Shown here piece by piece: positions 1 through 11,279 of a stretch of DNA of 30,266 nucleotides. Within the stretch, counting starts at the first letter, position 1. The number at the start of each line of letters is the position of its first letter. Below the pieces are notes generated by a model. That model ran no database searches. It saw only the letters and a list, made by a program, of their open reading frames with translations, and had not been told where the DNA came from. The stretch covers positions 1 to 30,266 of the forward strand of contig NW_021832629.1 of NCBI RefSeq assembly GCF_006345805.1. The letters run 5' to 3'. The translations under genes were made by a program, and so were the position numbers. Source of the stretch: Octopus sinensis (Eukaryota).

Positions 1-5
1 GTGTT

Positions 6-64
<59 letters not shown>

Positions 65-260
65 CTATATATATACACACACATATGTATATACACACAT
101 ATGTATTATATAATATATATATATTATATATATATATATATATATTAAGTACCCGTTACTTACTATATATATTATTATATATATATATATATAATATATT
201 ATATATATCTATATATATATATAAAACAAAGTGGAGTTGTGGGGTACCGCACGAGTGAAT

Positions 261-940
261 TATATACGAAAGAAGGTTTGAAAATTCAATTTAAAAGATG
301 TTTATTTACTTTACCGGTTTCACTCTTTGGAAAAAGATTGTCAAAAGTAACATGTAGAAGTTTGGTTGCGTTAATTATTGGTTGTTACAAATTGCTACAT
401 TACATATATACAGTCTTTGGTAGCAGGGACATGTTAAGGACATAAGAAAGTTCAACAAGTTCCTTAAAATATTGGGCACAAACGATTACTACATAAATAA
501 TCATTCTCAAGGACATGCTTAGGATAGTTTCCAGAAGGAATTGATATTGGTATTGGTATTGTATCTGTATATTCAAACATGCACAGAATATTGGTTGACA
601 CAGAGTACTACAATCCATAATATACATTCTTTGGTGACAAGAGCATGTTGAGAATATAAAAAAGTTTAACAAGCTCATTGAAATAATGGGCAGAAAAGAT
701 TACAACAAATATATTATACATTCTCAAGATAATTTCCAGAAGGAATTATTAAAAAAGTTCAGTATACACGTACAGAATATTATGAGTTCAAAAAGATTTA
801 CATTATAATAGTAGTGAAGCTAAAAATGACATATGATATATATACACACACACAAAGACAACACACACACTCACACCAATCTGACCTCCATACAGACACA
901 CATATACACACGCAGCACCATGCCAAATGCCATCCACACG

Positions 941-978
<38 letters not shown>

Positions 979-1886
979 ACACCAAGACAACCACACACGC
1001 GGTTGACAAACGGACACACATATACACACACCATCCTACCAGATCTTACAAACACACAGACACACCTATTCACACCACATATGTATATATACACACACAC
1101 ACACATCTATTCACACCACATATGTATATATACACACACACACACAAAGACATACACACTCACCCCATCCTGACCCCTAAATCATTAATACTTGAAGGAG
1201 AGACAAAAAAAGGGTAAATTCTTTTCAGTTCCACATTACTACTCCTTTTCCCCCCAACCAAACACACCTACTGTGTCCCCTGAAATAGATAATATTCTTT
1301 TACGCTACCATGGCGGACAGGTCATTTTTAGCTTCACTACTATTATAATGTAAATCTTTTTGAACTCATAATATTCTGTACGTGTATACTGAACTTTTTT
1401 AATAATTCCTTCTGGAAATTATCTTGAGAATGTATAATATATTTGTTGTAATCTTTTCTGCCCATTATTTCAATGAGCTTGTTAAACTTTTTTATATTCT
1501 CAACATACTCTTGTCACCAAAGAATGTATATTTATATGGATTGTAGTACTCTGTGTCAACCAATATTCTGTGCATGTTTGAATATACAGATACAATACCA
1601 ATACCAATATCAATTCCTTCTGGAAACTATATTAAGCATGCCCTTGAGAATGATTATTTATGTTGTAATCTTTTGTGCCCAATATTTTAAGGAACTTGTT
1701 GAACTTTTTTATGTCCTTAACATGTCCCTGTTACCAAAGGCTGTATATATGTAACGTAACAATTTGTAACAACCAGTAATTAACGCAACCAAACTTCTAC
1801 ATGTTACTTTTGACAATCTTTTTCCAAAGAGTGAAACCGGTAAAGTAAATAAACATCTTTTAAATTGCATTTTCAAACCTTCTTTC

Positions 1887-1893
<7 letters not shown>
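261..1893. repeat. Long inverted repeat: ~570-bp arms (261-830 and 1321-1893) around a 490-bp spacer
   Basis: The arms are reverse complements, about 97% identical by eye. The ORF track shows mirrored ORFs at 400-678(-) and 1473-1754(+). Confidence 0.92.
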
Positions 1894-1928
<35 letters not shown>

Positions 1929-2113
1929 TCGGGGTGAGTACTTGATAATTATAAGCACCTGTGTATACCGTTTGGTGGTGTAGGTGGTGGAGTAAATTGA
2001 TCAAAATAAAAACATGATGCGAAGGATTCAGCGGTACATATGTTTCGGGCCTTTATTAGACAGATTTATAACAATGCATAATGTATGTCTGTGGCCTTCT
2101 TCAGCCGCGCACA

Positions 2114-2526
2114 CATATACAGAGTGCCCGCTGCAGAGCGCATGTAGGGCGAAAAACGTAATATATTCATGTGAGGTGAGTACTCAGTTTAACACACTCA
2201 CCTATATTGGTTGCTCAACCTCCTGGAAATCCAGATACTACAACCACCGGTCCTCGATGAGACACAGACATAAGGCTAACAGCACCTCCCTTTCTAAAAG
2301 AATTTGGGAATTAAAAGACAAATGTATAGGCTTCAAACTCAGATGGTCCATCATCGGATCAGCTGCACCTTATTTAAATAATAGAGCAGGATGCCAACTA
2401 TGCTGTGTAGAACTCCTGAACATCTTGAAATTCAAAGACAAACACAATCTTATTAACAAAAGGTCAGAGCTCAAACCATCCTGTATACACAAACTTATTA
2501 ATACTTTCAAATACTACAAAGCTTAG
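2114..2526 (+). pseudogene. GIY-YIG (Uri-type) endonuclease C-terminal fragment of a Penelope-like element
   Basis: Translation CPLQSACRAKNVIYSCEV...TYIGCSTSWKSRYYNH...STSLSKRIWELK...WSII...CQLCCVE...LINKRSEL...CIH has the typical PLE endonuclease motifs. The frame is open to TAG at 2524-2526. The ORF-track N-terminus MMRRIQ is read-through of the inverted pLTR. Confidence 0.85.
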
Positions 2527-4327
2527 GTTTTATACCAACTCCCCCATGCAATTTCCTCCCACCCGGTGCAACCTGTCGGCTCCAGCACATCCCGCTTTCC
2601 TATATGTGCGTGTATATGCGTATGCGTGTGTGTACGTATATGTATGCGCACATATGTGTACGTATATGTACATATATATATATATATATATATGTGCGTG
2701 TGTGTGTGTGCGTGTGGGTGTGTGTATGTGCATATATGTTTCCCTGCATTTTCCTCCTATATATACAAATTTTGTCTCCCATACATGACTTCTTTTCCCT
2801 AAATATTTCTTCTCCTACACCCATATCCTTCCTATATAGTCTCTTTACTTCCCTATATCTATACCCTTTCACATTTCTAACTCGGATGTTGAACGCACAC
2901 CGCCAAACTCCACTTCCCACCCTTCCAATTTTTCAGTTCCCCCCGCCCGCCCCTACGTGGACACTTTTAACACACACCTCTAACTTTCAACCACCTTCAT
3001 CTCATGTTAAATTATATTTTTATCTTATTTTATTTTTACTCTTATTCTACTTCCATTTATTCTCATTTTCATTTTCATCCCTTACCTTAACTCTTATAAT
3101 TTTTATATTTTTATATTTCATTTCTAACTATTACATTGTATTTCTTATTTTATACTGTATTTCTTACTTTTATTTCTAATTTTTACCCTTACCCTCATTC
3201 TTACCCCTAACTTATCGCTTTACATCTCTATATATTTTATTTACTTACCTATAGATCCACTTTTGACTATGCAAGCGTCCGTGTACGTATGTATACGCAT
3301 ACATACATAGACGCGCGCATATATGTACATGCATATTTTGATATCTTATAGCTATACCCATATGTCTCTGTGTGTGTGTGTAGGTGTATGTGTGCACGCA
3401 CATACGTACACACAGCCGTGTGTGCGTGCACGCATAGACGTGATTCCTTTAATATCTTATATCTAGACCTGGAAGCGTGAGCATATGCGTGTGTGTATGT
3501 AGTGATGAGCGCGCGTATGTACATGTGAGTGTGTACACGTATAGTGTCCGTGTATACATGCGGATATTCTGTTGTATGTATGTGTACGCACGTGCGTGTG
3601 GGTGTGTGTGTGTTTATATGCATGTTTACACGCGAGTGCGTGTGTATGCTTATAGGCTTGGAGGCGTATATGTACGCGTGTATATGGGTGTGTGTATCCA
3701 TGTTGGTATGTATGTACTAGAAGTCCAAATAATTCAAGGAACCAGATTAAACGCTCAACAGCTCTGATTTACAACGTATTAGGTCCCCAGACGAAACTGT
3801 TGATTTACTGACAATTCTACAACTAAATTTTATCAATCTCCTGACCACCATGCTTGGTCCTTAACCTCTATACATCCCTTATCTTTATATTTTTTTATAT
3901 TTTGTTACATTTTTATCATGTTTTTTTACTTTTATTTTTATTTCTATTTCTATTTTTACTTTTAACCTTATGCCTTTACATTTATTTATATTTCTTTATA
4001 TTTCTTTATATTCTTTATACCCCCTTTACATCTCCTTATATCTCTTTATATCTTTATGCTCTACATTTTTATATTTTTCTATACTTACACTTTTTATACA
4101 TTTTTTATCCCTCGTCCTGAATTCTCGCCCATCTTCACGTATATACATGTATTTATTTATTTACATTACTTCAACATCCATTTTTCCTCATCCTACATTG
4201 AGAGAAGAAAGAGATGGACGCTTCAATTCTATGCTGCTGCCGCATTATGTCGTACGCGAATGGGAGGATTTGCATCCCCAACCAAGAATTTCTGATGTAA
4301 CACATGTCCTTGTGGAAGCTGTTGTGC

Positions 4328-4405
4328 GCGGCTGAAGAAGGCCACAGACATACATTATGCATTGTTATAAATCTGTCTAATAAAGGCCCGAAACATATGT
4401 ACCGC
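4328..4405 (+). ncRNA. Type I hammerhead ribozyme motif in the PLE pLTR
   Basis: GCGG-CTGAAGA-A-GGCC(loop)GGCC-C-GAAAC-ATAT-GTA-CCGC. Stem I is GCGG/CCGC, stem III is the palindromic ACATATGT, and the cleavage triplet is GUA. An identical copy lies on the minus strand at 2031-2108. Confidence 0.72.
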
Positions 4406-4449
4406 TGAATCCTTCGCATCATGTTTTTATTTTGATCAATTTATATATA

Positions 4450-4494
<45 letters not shown>

Positions 4495-4696
4495 ACATTA
4501 CTCAATAGCCAAGATAAAACTCTGAGTTTCAGATGCCGAAGAGATGGTGTTGTGGATTTCCACTTCGGCATCTGAAACTCAGAGTTTTATCTTGACTATT
4601 GAGTAATGTAACATATTATTTTATAGATAAATTTCCTCTATTTACATAATATTGAGGTCTCTTTCTTTCTTTTGTTATCTTACCGTTTTTTTACCA

Positions 4697-4789
<93 letters not shown>

Positions 4790-4874
4790 GTACCCGTTAC
4801 GCACTTGGGGCGATGTAATCGACTTAATCCCTTTGTCCTTTTTTGTCCCCTCTGGTCTAGCCCCTGTGGGTAGT

Positions 4875-4942
<68 letters not shown>

Positions 4943-5619
4943 TATGTGTGTCTGTGTCTGTATAAACTTAACACACACATTCTTCACATTCTACACACAC
5001 ACTCGTAGAAGTATGTGTGTGTGAAGAGAGAAAGAGAGAGAGAGAGAAGACTTTCACCCACGTCTCGTTTATCTATAAATAGAATGCTATAATCACACTG
5101 CATCCCCCTCCCCCCCACCCACCACCACGGCCACCGCCACCGCCGTTGTCATCTCAAATAGCCATAGACCCAGCAGAAGTCACCCCCCCCAACACTACCT
5201 TAATTCCGTCGGCCTACCCTCCCTCCCCTCTTTGCATGTCAGCCCATCTCGGGCTTTGTAACATTTAACAAACCACAAGCAAGCACTGTTCAATTAAAGT
5301 GAAACATGTCCTGTAAACGTTGTCAGCCAACCGCTAATGACTATCGAGGTGGGGGGGGGAGGGGATAATTGAAAGAGGAAGAGGAGGGTGAGGAAGAGGG
5401 GGGAAGGCGTTGAGCGCGATCTAAATTTAGTTATAACGTCATCTGCTATTTTTATAACGTTATATATTTAGACTCTATGTTCATGCTTACATCTCTCTCT
5501 CTCTTCCTCTCTCTATGTATGTGTGTGTGTATATATATATGTATATATATATAATATATATATATATATAAAGGCGGTGCTCCAGCATGGCCACAGTCAT
5601 ATATATATATATATATATA

Positions 5620-6003
5620 TTTGACTGTGGCCATGCTGGAGCACCGCCTTTAGTCGAGCAATTCGACCCCCAGGACTTATTCTTTGTAAGCCTAGTACTT
5701 ATTCTATCGTTCACTTTGCCGAACTGCTAGATTACGAGGACATAAACACACCAGCATCGGTTGTCAAGCGATGTTGGGGTGGGGGGGGACTAACACAGAC
5801 ACACACACAAACACACACAAATATATACATATATACGACGGGATTCTTTCAGTTTCCGTCTACCAAATCCACTCACAAGGCTTTGGTCGGTCCGACACTA
5901 TAGTAGAAGAGACATTTATCCAAAGTGCCACGCAGTGGGACTGAACCCGGAACCATGTGGCTGGTAAAGAAGCTTACTTACCCCACAGCCACTCCTGCGC
6001 CTA
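5620..6003 (-). mobile_element. Second tRNA-derived SINE family (other pieces at 11280-11385, 12245-12302, 18736-18950, 19217-19362, 25008-25135, 25179-25560)
   Basis: Head GGAGTGGCTGTG...GGTTCCGGGTTCAGTCCCACTGCGTGGCAC and body CCGACCAAAGCCTTGTGAGTGGATTTGGTAGACGGAAACTGAAAG, repeated in the window in both orientations. Confidence 0.85.
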
Positions 6004-6015
6004 TATATATATATA

Positions 6016-6231
6016 TTTTTAGTACCCATAAGGGGCTAAACATAGAGGGGACAGACAAAGGGATTAAGTCGATTACATCGACCCCAGTGCGAAACTGGTA
6101 CTTTATTTATCGACCCAGAAAGTATGAAAGTCAAAGTCGCCTTGGCGGAATTTGAAGTCAGAACGTAACGACAGACGAAATACCGCTAAGCATTTCGCCC
6201 GGCGCGCTAACGTTTCTGCCAGCTCGCCGCC
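6016..6231 (-). mobile_element. tRNA-derived SINE (same family as 9697; other copies at 4787-4878, 7041-7241, 21811-22003, 27711-27803, 29563-29764)
   Basis: Shared GGCGAGCTGGCAGAA...GAGTTCAAATTCCGCC...GGGGTCGATGTAATCGACTTAATCC sequence. Boundaries are approximate. Confidence 0.85.
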
Positions 6232-6257
6232 GTATATGTATGTGTGTATACATACAT

Positions 6258-6297
<40 letters not shown>

Positions 6298-6740
6298 ATT
6301 TGGCTCAAAAGCAAATAGCAAGGCCATGTAGGGGGACATGGAGTTAAGTACAGGGTGGTGTTCATGTAAAGAGTTCAGGCCACTTGAGGTCAAGGGAGGC
6401 TTTGAACAAAGCGGTCGTCGGCATCTTCACCATCTCGTCTGGCAGCTTGTTCCACGGATCCGCAACCCGGACGGAGAAAGCTCCTCTCCTTCGATTGAGA
6501 TGAAATCGTCGCAGGTAGAGCTTTTCGGAATGACCCCGCAGCCGACGCTCTGGAGCAGGAGTGAAGAACAGCTCTTTCGAGAGGTTACACTTTCCGCTTA
6601 TGATGTTGTGGGCGAGAATGAGATCACCACGGCGGCGGCGTTTTTCAAGAGAATAAAGGTCGAGCGTCCTCAGCCTTTCTTCGTAGGACAAATTTTTGAG
6701 ACCATGAACCATGCGGGTAGCCAGCTTCTGGACTCTTTCG

Positions 6741-6742
<2 letters not shown>
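6258..6742 (-). mobile_element. CR1-group LINE 3' fragment (ORF2 C-terminus, short 3' UTR, (TAAC)n tail)
   Basis: Translation VERVQKLATRMV...LSYEERL..L.LYSLEKRR.RGDLI...RGH..KL...FSVRVADPWNKLP...FKASLD is the typical CR1 ORF2 end. The (GTTA)n run on the plus strand at 6258-6297 is the tail. Confidence 0.9.
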
Positions 6743-6785
<43 letters not shown>

Positions 6786-6878
6786 GTTAATCCAAACAAG
6801 AAAGCACAAAAAAAAAACACAAGAACGCGAGGATGTGGAATAAATATAGTATTATTGGACGCTCAGAAATGAAGGAGG

Positions 6879-6913
6879 GTCTAATGTTTCGAGCGGAGCT
6901 CTTCGTCGGAAAC
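6879..6913 (-). ncRNA. Degenerate minimal hammerhead motif (probably inactive)
   Basis: Minus strand reads GTTT-CCGACGA-A-GAGC(tcc)GCTC-GAAAC-ATT-AGAC. The core CUGA is changed to CCGA and stem III has a mismatch. Confidence 0.4.
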
Positions 6914-7427
6914 ATAAAAGAAGGAAAGATCCAGAGAAGGGAAGACAGAGGAAAAAAAAATCGTCAACGGTACACACGCGGTCACATTTTGAATATATAT
7001 ATATGATGATGATTCTGTAAGCATTATTTACACAGGGAAAGGCGGCGAGTTGGCAGAATGGTTAGCGCGCTGGACGAAATGCTTAGCGGTATTTCGTCCG
7101 TCTTTATGTTCTGAGTTCAAATTCCGCCGAAGTCGACTTTACCTTTCGGGATCGATAAAATAAGTACCAGTTACACCCTGGGGTCGATGTAATCCACTCA
7201 TTTCCTCCCCAAAAATTGCTGCCCAGGCAATATTTGAAACCATTATTTACACAGGGAAATCTTTCGAATTTCTGCTGCCCATTTTGCACCCAATTCCACA
7301 CGAATATGAGACATTTTAACCCTTTAGCATTCAGATTGTTCTGCCCCATGTAACACTTTCCCATTCAAATTGTTTTAATTAATCCTGCATTATTTTTTAC
7401 CTTCGAAATTTTGATGATGTGATTGTA

Positions 7428-8679
7428 TTGGGTTGGCAACTAAGTTCCCTCCGTTTTTTTTTTTAAATTAAAATTTTTTAAAAGGTTTAATAAAAATAAG
7501 AACTAAGTAATCAATAATGTATTCACCCTTGTTGTTTACAACGTTCAACAAGATTTTCAATACCTCGTTGGTAGAAATCACCCGATTTCGACTCGAAAAA
7601 TTGATCCAACCAAGCTCTCAATTCTGCATAAGTACTGAACGAAACTCCGCGCATAGCATTAGAAAGAGTTCGAAAGAGGTGGAAATCCGTTGGTGCCAAA
7701 TCAGGAGAGTACGGCGGGTGTGGAAGCACTTTCCAGCCATGCGTTTGAATGGCTTCCTTGGTCATATTGGCGATAGGAGGGCGGACGTTGTCGTGCAGCA
7801 GAACTCCATGCTGACGATTAGGTCTTTTCTCTTGAATAGCCGTGTTGAGTCGTTCCATCTGTTGAACATAGAGTTCCGCGTTGACCGTTTGGTTCTGTTC
7901 AAGTAATTCGTAATGGATAATTCCTTCCCAGTCCCACCATACGCACAACATTGTTTAATGCGGATGAAGACCTTGTTTCACGCGTGGTGTCCCTTATTTA
8001 CCGGGGCTAAGCCGTTCCTTTCGCTACTTCATATTGATGTACAGACACCAACTTCGTCGCCAGTAAAGATTCGGTAAAGAAATCGTTGCTTTTGAACATG
8101 AGTTAAGCAGTGACGAGCAAGCAAACCAAATAGAGATTGTGGCTCGTTGATCTTTGTTGTTGTCACTTGAAGCATGCGGAACCAATGTTCCATATTTCTG
8201 AACCTTTCCCATCGAGTGAAGATGCTTCTCTATAGCAATGTGGGAGCATTCCATTTTCTCTGCCAGTTTCCTTGTCGTTTGACTAGAATTTTCGTGTAAA
8301 AGTTGGTTTAATTGCTCTTCGTCGAACTCAACTGGACGGTCAAAACGAAGTGCGTCTTTGAGGTCAAAATTTCCATTTTTGAACTTGGCATACCCATAAC
8401 GAGCGGTTCTTTCAGCTATAATACCCTCTCCATACACAGCACAAATGTCGCGAGCAGCTTTTGCGGCCTTAGAAAATTAATTAAAAGCAAAAAGGAGGTG
8501 TCGAAAATGCTTGTTTTTCTTAACCTAACATTCCAGTTTAATGATCAGAAAATAAACAAAAATTAACTAAAAAATCGCCAAAGATTCCAAAATGATTCAA
8601 AAATAGAATTCTCGAAATTTAAAAACGCAATAAATTCCAAAATTTAAAAAAAACAGCGGGAACTTAGTGGCCAACCCAA
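7428..8679 (-). mobile_element. Full-length (1252 bp) decayed mariner DNA transposon
   Basis: TIRs TTGGGTTGGC(A/C)ACTAAGTTCCC, TA target duplications at 7426-7427 and 8680-8681, and a transposase remnant inside. Confidence 0.95.
7508..8536 (-). pseudogene. Mariner DD34D transposase with stops and frameshifts
   Basis: HTH region (AARDICAVYGEG...AKFKNGNFDLKD), then TGDE, MLCVWWD, HDN and YSPDLAPTD. There are 34 residues between the second and third Asp. Boundaries are approximate. Confidence 0.92.
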
Positions 8680-8783
8680 TACATCTTATTATGACATTGT
8701 AGGATAGGTGTAATAGGCTGGATATGACTGGTTAGGACATGAAACAGATAGGATATTTTGACTGGATACAGCCTGCTTAAATG

Positions 8784-9133
8784 CGGGGGTTCTCAACCAT
8801 TTTTTTTTTTTATCTATGGACCCCTTTGATTACAATTCTATTCTGGTGACCCCATAGCCATTCGATGCTTAAAAACTAGTTTTATAGATACTTCTTTCAA
8901 AATTCTTCTTTTGTTTTTCACACATTAACTTGTGCAGGTTGCACGATGTAAAATGTTTGCGAAAGAAACCTAGCTCTTTCCTGCAATAAACACACCAAAA
9001 TCAAAATCTTTCAGGAACCCTTAAAATACTATTGCGGATCCCTAATTTACTATTTTGTGGCATAGACACCCCTTTCCCCACAAATCTTATATGGACCCTA
9101 AGGGACCGCATGGACTCTGGTTGAGAAACATTG
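8784..9133. mobile_element. hAT-like MITE
   Basis: Imperfect TIRs CGGGGGTTCTCAACC / GGTTGAGAAACATTG. No clear 8-bp TSD. Confidence 0.5.
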
Positions 9134-9419
9134 TGAGTGAGCAGATTTCGCTTTGCGTGTCTGAGGTGAGGGAAAGTGTTTATAGCAATCACGTTCAATT
9201 AATAAATTGCAATGTCTCTCATTATGTTTCTCTGTGTGTCTGCATGTGCGTTTGTCTCTAGAGCCAAAAAAAAAAGAACTGTCATCAACACAGTGTGAAT
9301 GTCCAGTCACTCAGGCCAAATGACCGGTGTCAAAAAGCCATGCCAAATCGTCTCATTCTGACCCCACACTACACATACTAATTCTCCTTTTCCATTACAC
9401 CTCATCCCATCCACCGGCA

Positions 9420-9660
9420 AGCATACGTCCATACCAAATGCAAAAATACTTCATGTTGCTTCAAGGATACAAGACAGCCCTTACTACCCTACAAATAAAT
9501 ATGCCCCAGTAAACTCTTCAATTCACCCCCCTTTCTACTGGGATAGACCCACATCTTTAGAATGAGCTACAGTGTGTCCGATGACCAAGAAGGAGAACCT
9601 CATTGGCAGCTTTACCAGTTACCATCCTATTGCACTCGATTCCAATGAAGACAGTCGTTA
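9420..9660 (+). pseudogene. Possible highly decayed LINE reverse-transcriptase fragment
   Basis: Frameshifted pieces LFNS..STG..P and ATVCPMTKKENLIGSFTSYHPIAL resemble the RT motif FNxxxxxGxxPxxWKxAxVxPxxK...xYRPIxL. Confidence 0.35.
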
Positions 9661-9696
9661 TCAAAACTTTCTTCAATATTTTGAATCTGTTAAGTT

Positions 9697-10460
9697 GGCG
9701 AGCTGGCAGAAACAGCACGGCCGAGGAAATGCTTAGCAGTATTTCGTCTGTCTTTACGTTCTGAGTTCAAATTCCGCCGAGCGAAATGCTTAGCGGTATT
9801 TCACCTGCCTTTCATCCTTTCGGGGTCGATTAAATAAGTACCAGTTATGCACTGGGGTCGATGTAATCGACTTAATCCGTTTGTCTGTCCTCTCTGTGTT
9901 TAGTCCCCTTGTGGGGAGTAAAGAAATAGGTATTTCGTCTGTCTTTACGTTCTGAGTTCAAATTCCGCCGAGGTCGACTTTGCCTTTCATCCTTTCGGGG
10001 TCATTAAATTAAGTACCAGTTATGCACTGGGTCGATATAATCGACTTAATCCGTTTGTCTGTCCTCTCTGTGTTTAGCCCCTAGTGGGTAGTAAAGAAAT
10101 AGGTATTTCGTCTGTCTTTACGTTCTGAGTTCAAATTCTGCCGAGGTCGACTTTGCCTTTCATCCTTTCGGGGTCATTAAATTAAGTACCAGTTATGCAC
10201 TGGGTCGATATAATCGACTTAATCCGTTTGTCTGTCCTCTCTGTGTTTAGCCCCTAGTGGGTAGTAAAGAAATAGGTATTTCGTCTGTCTTTACGTTCTG
10301 AGTTCAAATTCCGCCGAGGTCGACTTTGCCTTTCATCCTTTCGGGGTCATTAAATTAAGTACCAGTTATGCACTGGGGTAGATATAATCGACTTAATCCG
10401 TTTGTCTGTCCTTGCTTGTCCTCTCTGTGTTTAGCCCCTAGTGGGTAGTAAAGAAATAGG
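9697..10460 (+). mobile_element. tRNA-derived SINE followed by three head-less tandem body copies (period 173, 173, 184 bp)
   Basis: A-box-like TGGCAGAA and B-box GAGTTCAAATTCC. Repeat units start AGGTATTTCG at about 9928, 10101 and 10274. Confidence 0.85.
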
Positions 10461-10814
10461 TACACCTAATGAGTACGTGCAGGATATGCTATGCATACTT
10501 GAGGAAAACTCAAAAGGTGAGTCATCAGTTTGAAAGGATATACAGGTGATTGTGTGCATGTTAGTGTGTATATATTGTGGTGTTTATATTGGGTTAAATT
10601 CCGATTATATAAGCTGTCATGTGATACCTTTAAATCAACACAAAGGAAAATGAAAGTTAAATTTAATATAGGAAATGTACGACATGCCATTAACTCTTTC
10701 ATTCAATAACCTTTCCCACGGTCATCGATATCCCCCGTTGACTAGAATCGTTGGCTGCAATTGTGAAAATGCCCGTTGGCCATAATAGCAGTAGTAGCAG
10801 AGACCGTTTATATA

Positions 10815-11165
10815 TCATCATCATCATCATCGTTTAACGTCTGCTTTCCATGCTGGCATGGGTTGGACGGTTCGACCGGGGATCCGGGAAGCCAGAAGGC
10901 TGCACCAGGCTCCAGTCTTATCTGGCAATGTTTCTACAGCTGGATGCCCTTCCTAACACCAACCACTCCGTGAGTGTAGTGGGTGCTTTTTACGTGCCAC
11001 CTGCACAGGTGCCAGGCGAGGCTGGCAACGGCCATGGTCGGATTGGTGTATTTTACGTGCCACCGGCACGGAAGCCAGTCGAGGCGGCGCTGGCATCGGC
11101 CACGAGTCGGATAGTGCTTTTTTACGTACCACCAGACCAGGGATCCTGGCTGGTTCAATTCGATT
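10815..11165 (-). mobile_element. Retroposon with RTE-like 3' end and (GAT)n tail (near-identical copies at 11668-12018 + and 18281-18630 -; older pieces at 16085-16322, 19003-19200, 21065-21170, 22560-22912, 23950-24198)
   Basis: Shared GTTGGCGTTAGGAAGGGCATCCAGCTGTAGAAAC...GACGTTAAACGATGATGATG 3' end. The RTE assignment is from recognition, not a search. Confidence 0.75.
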
Positions 11166-11182
11166 AGATTTGATTTGATATA

Positions 11183-11279
<97 letters not shown>

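Larger units (their letters stand above)
1993..4443 (+). mobile_element. 5'-truncated Penelope-like retroelement: inverted pLTR fragment, GIY-YIG ORF remnant, microsatellite-rich 3' region, terminal pLTR
   Basis: GIY-YIG endonuclease frame at 2114-2526. Perfect 121-bp inverted repeat at 1993-2113 / 4323-4443 carrying a hammerhead motif. Inverted pLTRs at truncated 5' ends are known for PLEs. Confidence 0.8.
7320..8784. mobile_element. piggyBac-type MITE interrupted by the mariner (pieces 7320-7427 and 8682-8784; right end lost)
   Basis: Starts TTAA-CCCTTTAG, and both pieces align by eye to the intact 219-bp copy at 26861-27079. Confidence 0.65.

Noticed and set aside
4171-4422. Paralogous gene pair starting MMRRIQRYICFG (with 2014-2526)
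   Set aside because: The shared N-terminus is just the inverted 121-bp pLTR read on each strand.
7041-7125. tRNA genes at SINE heads (also 20224, 20536, 25179)
   Set aside because: A/B boxes are present but there is no complete cloverleaf, and each continues into a SINE body.
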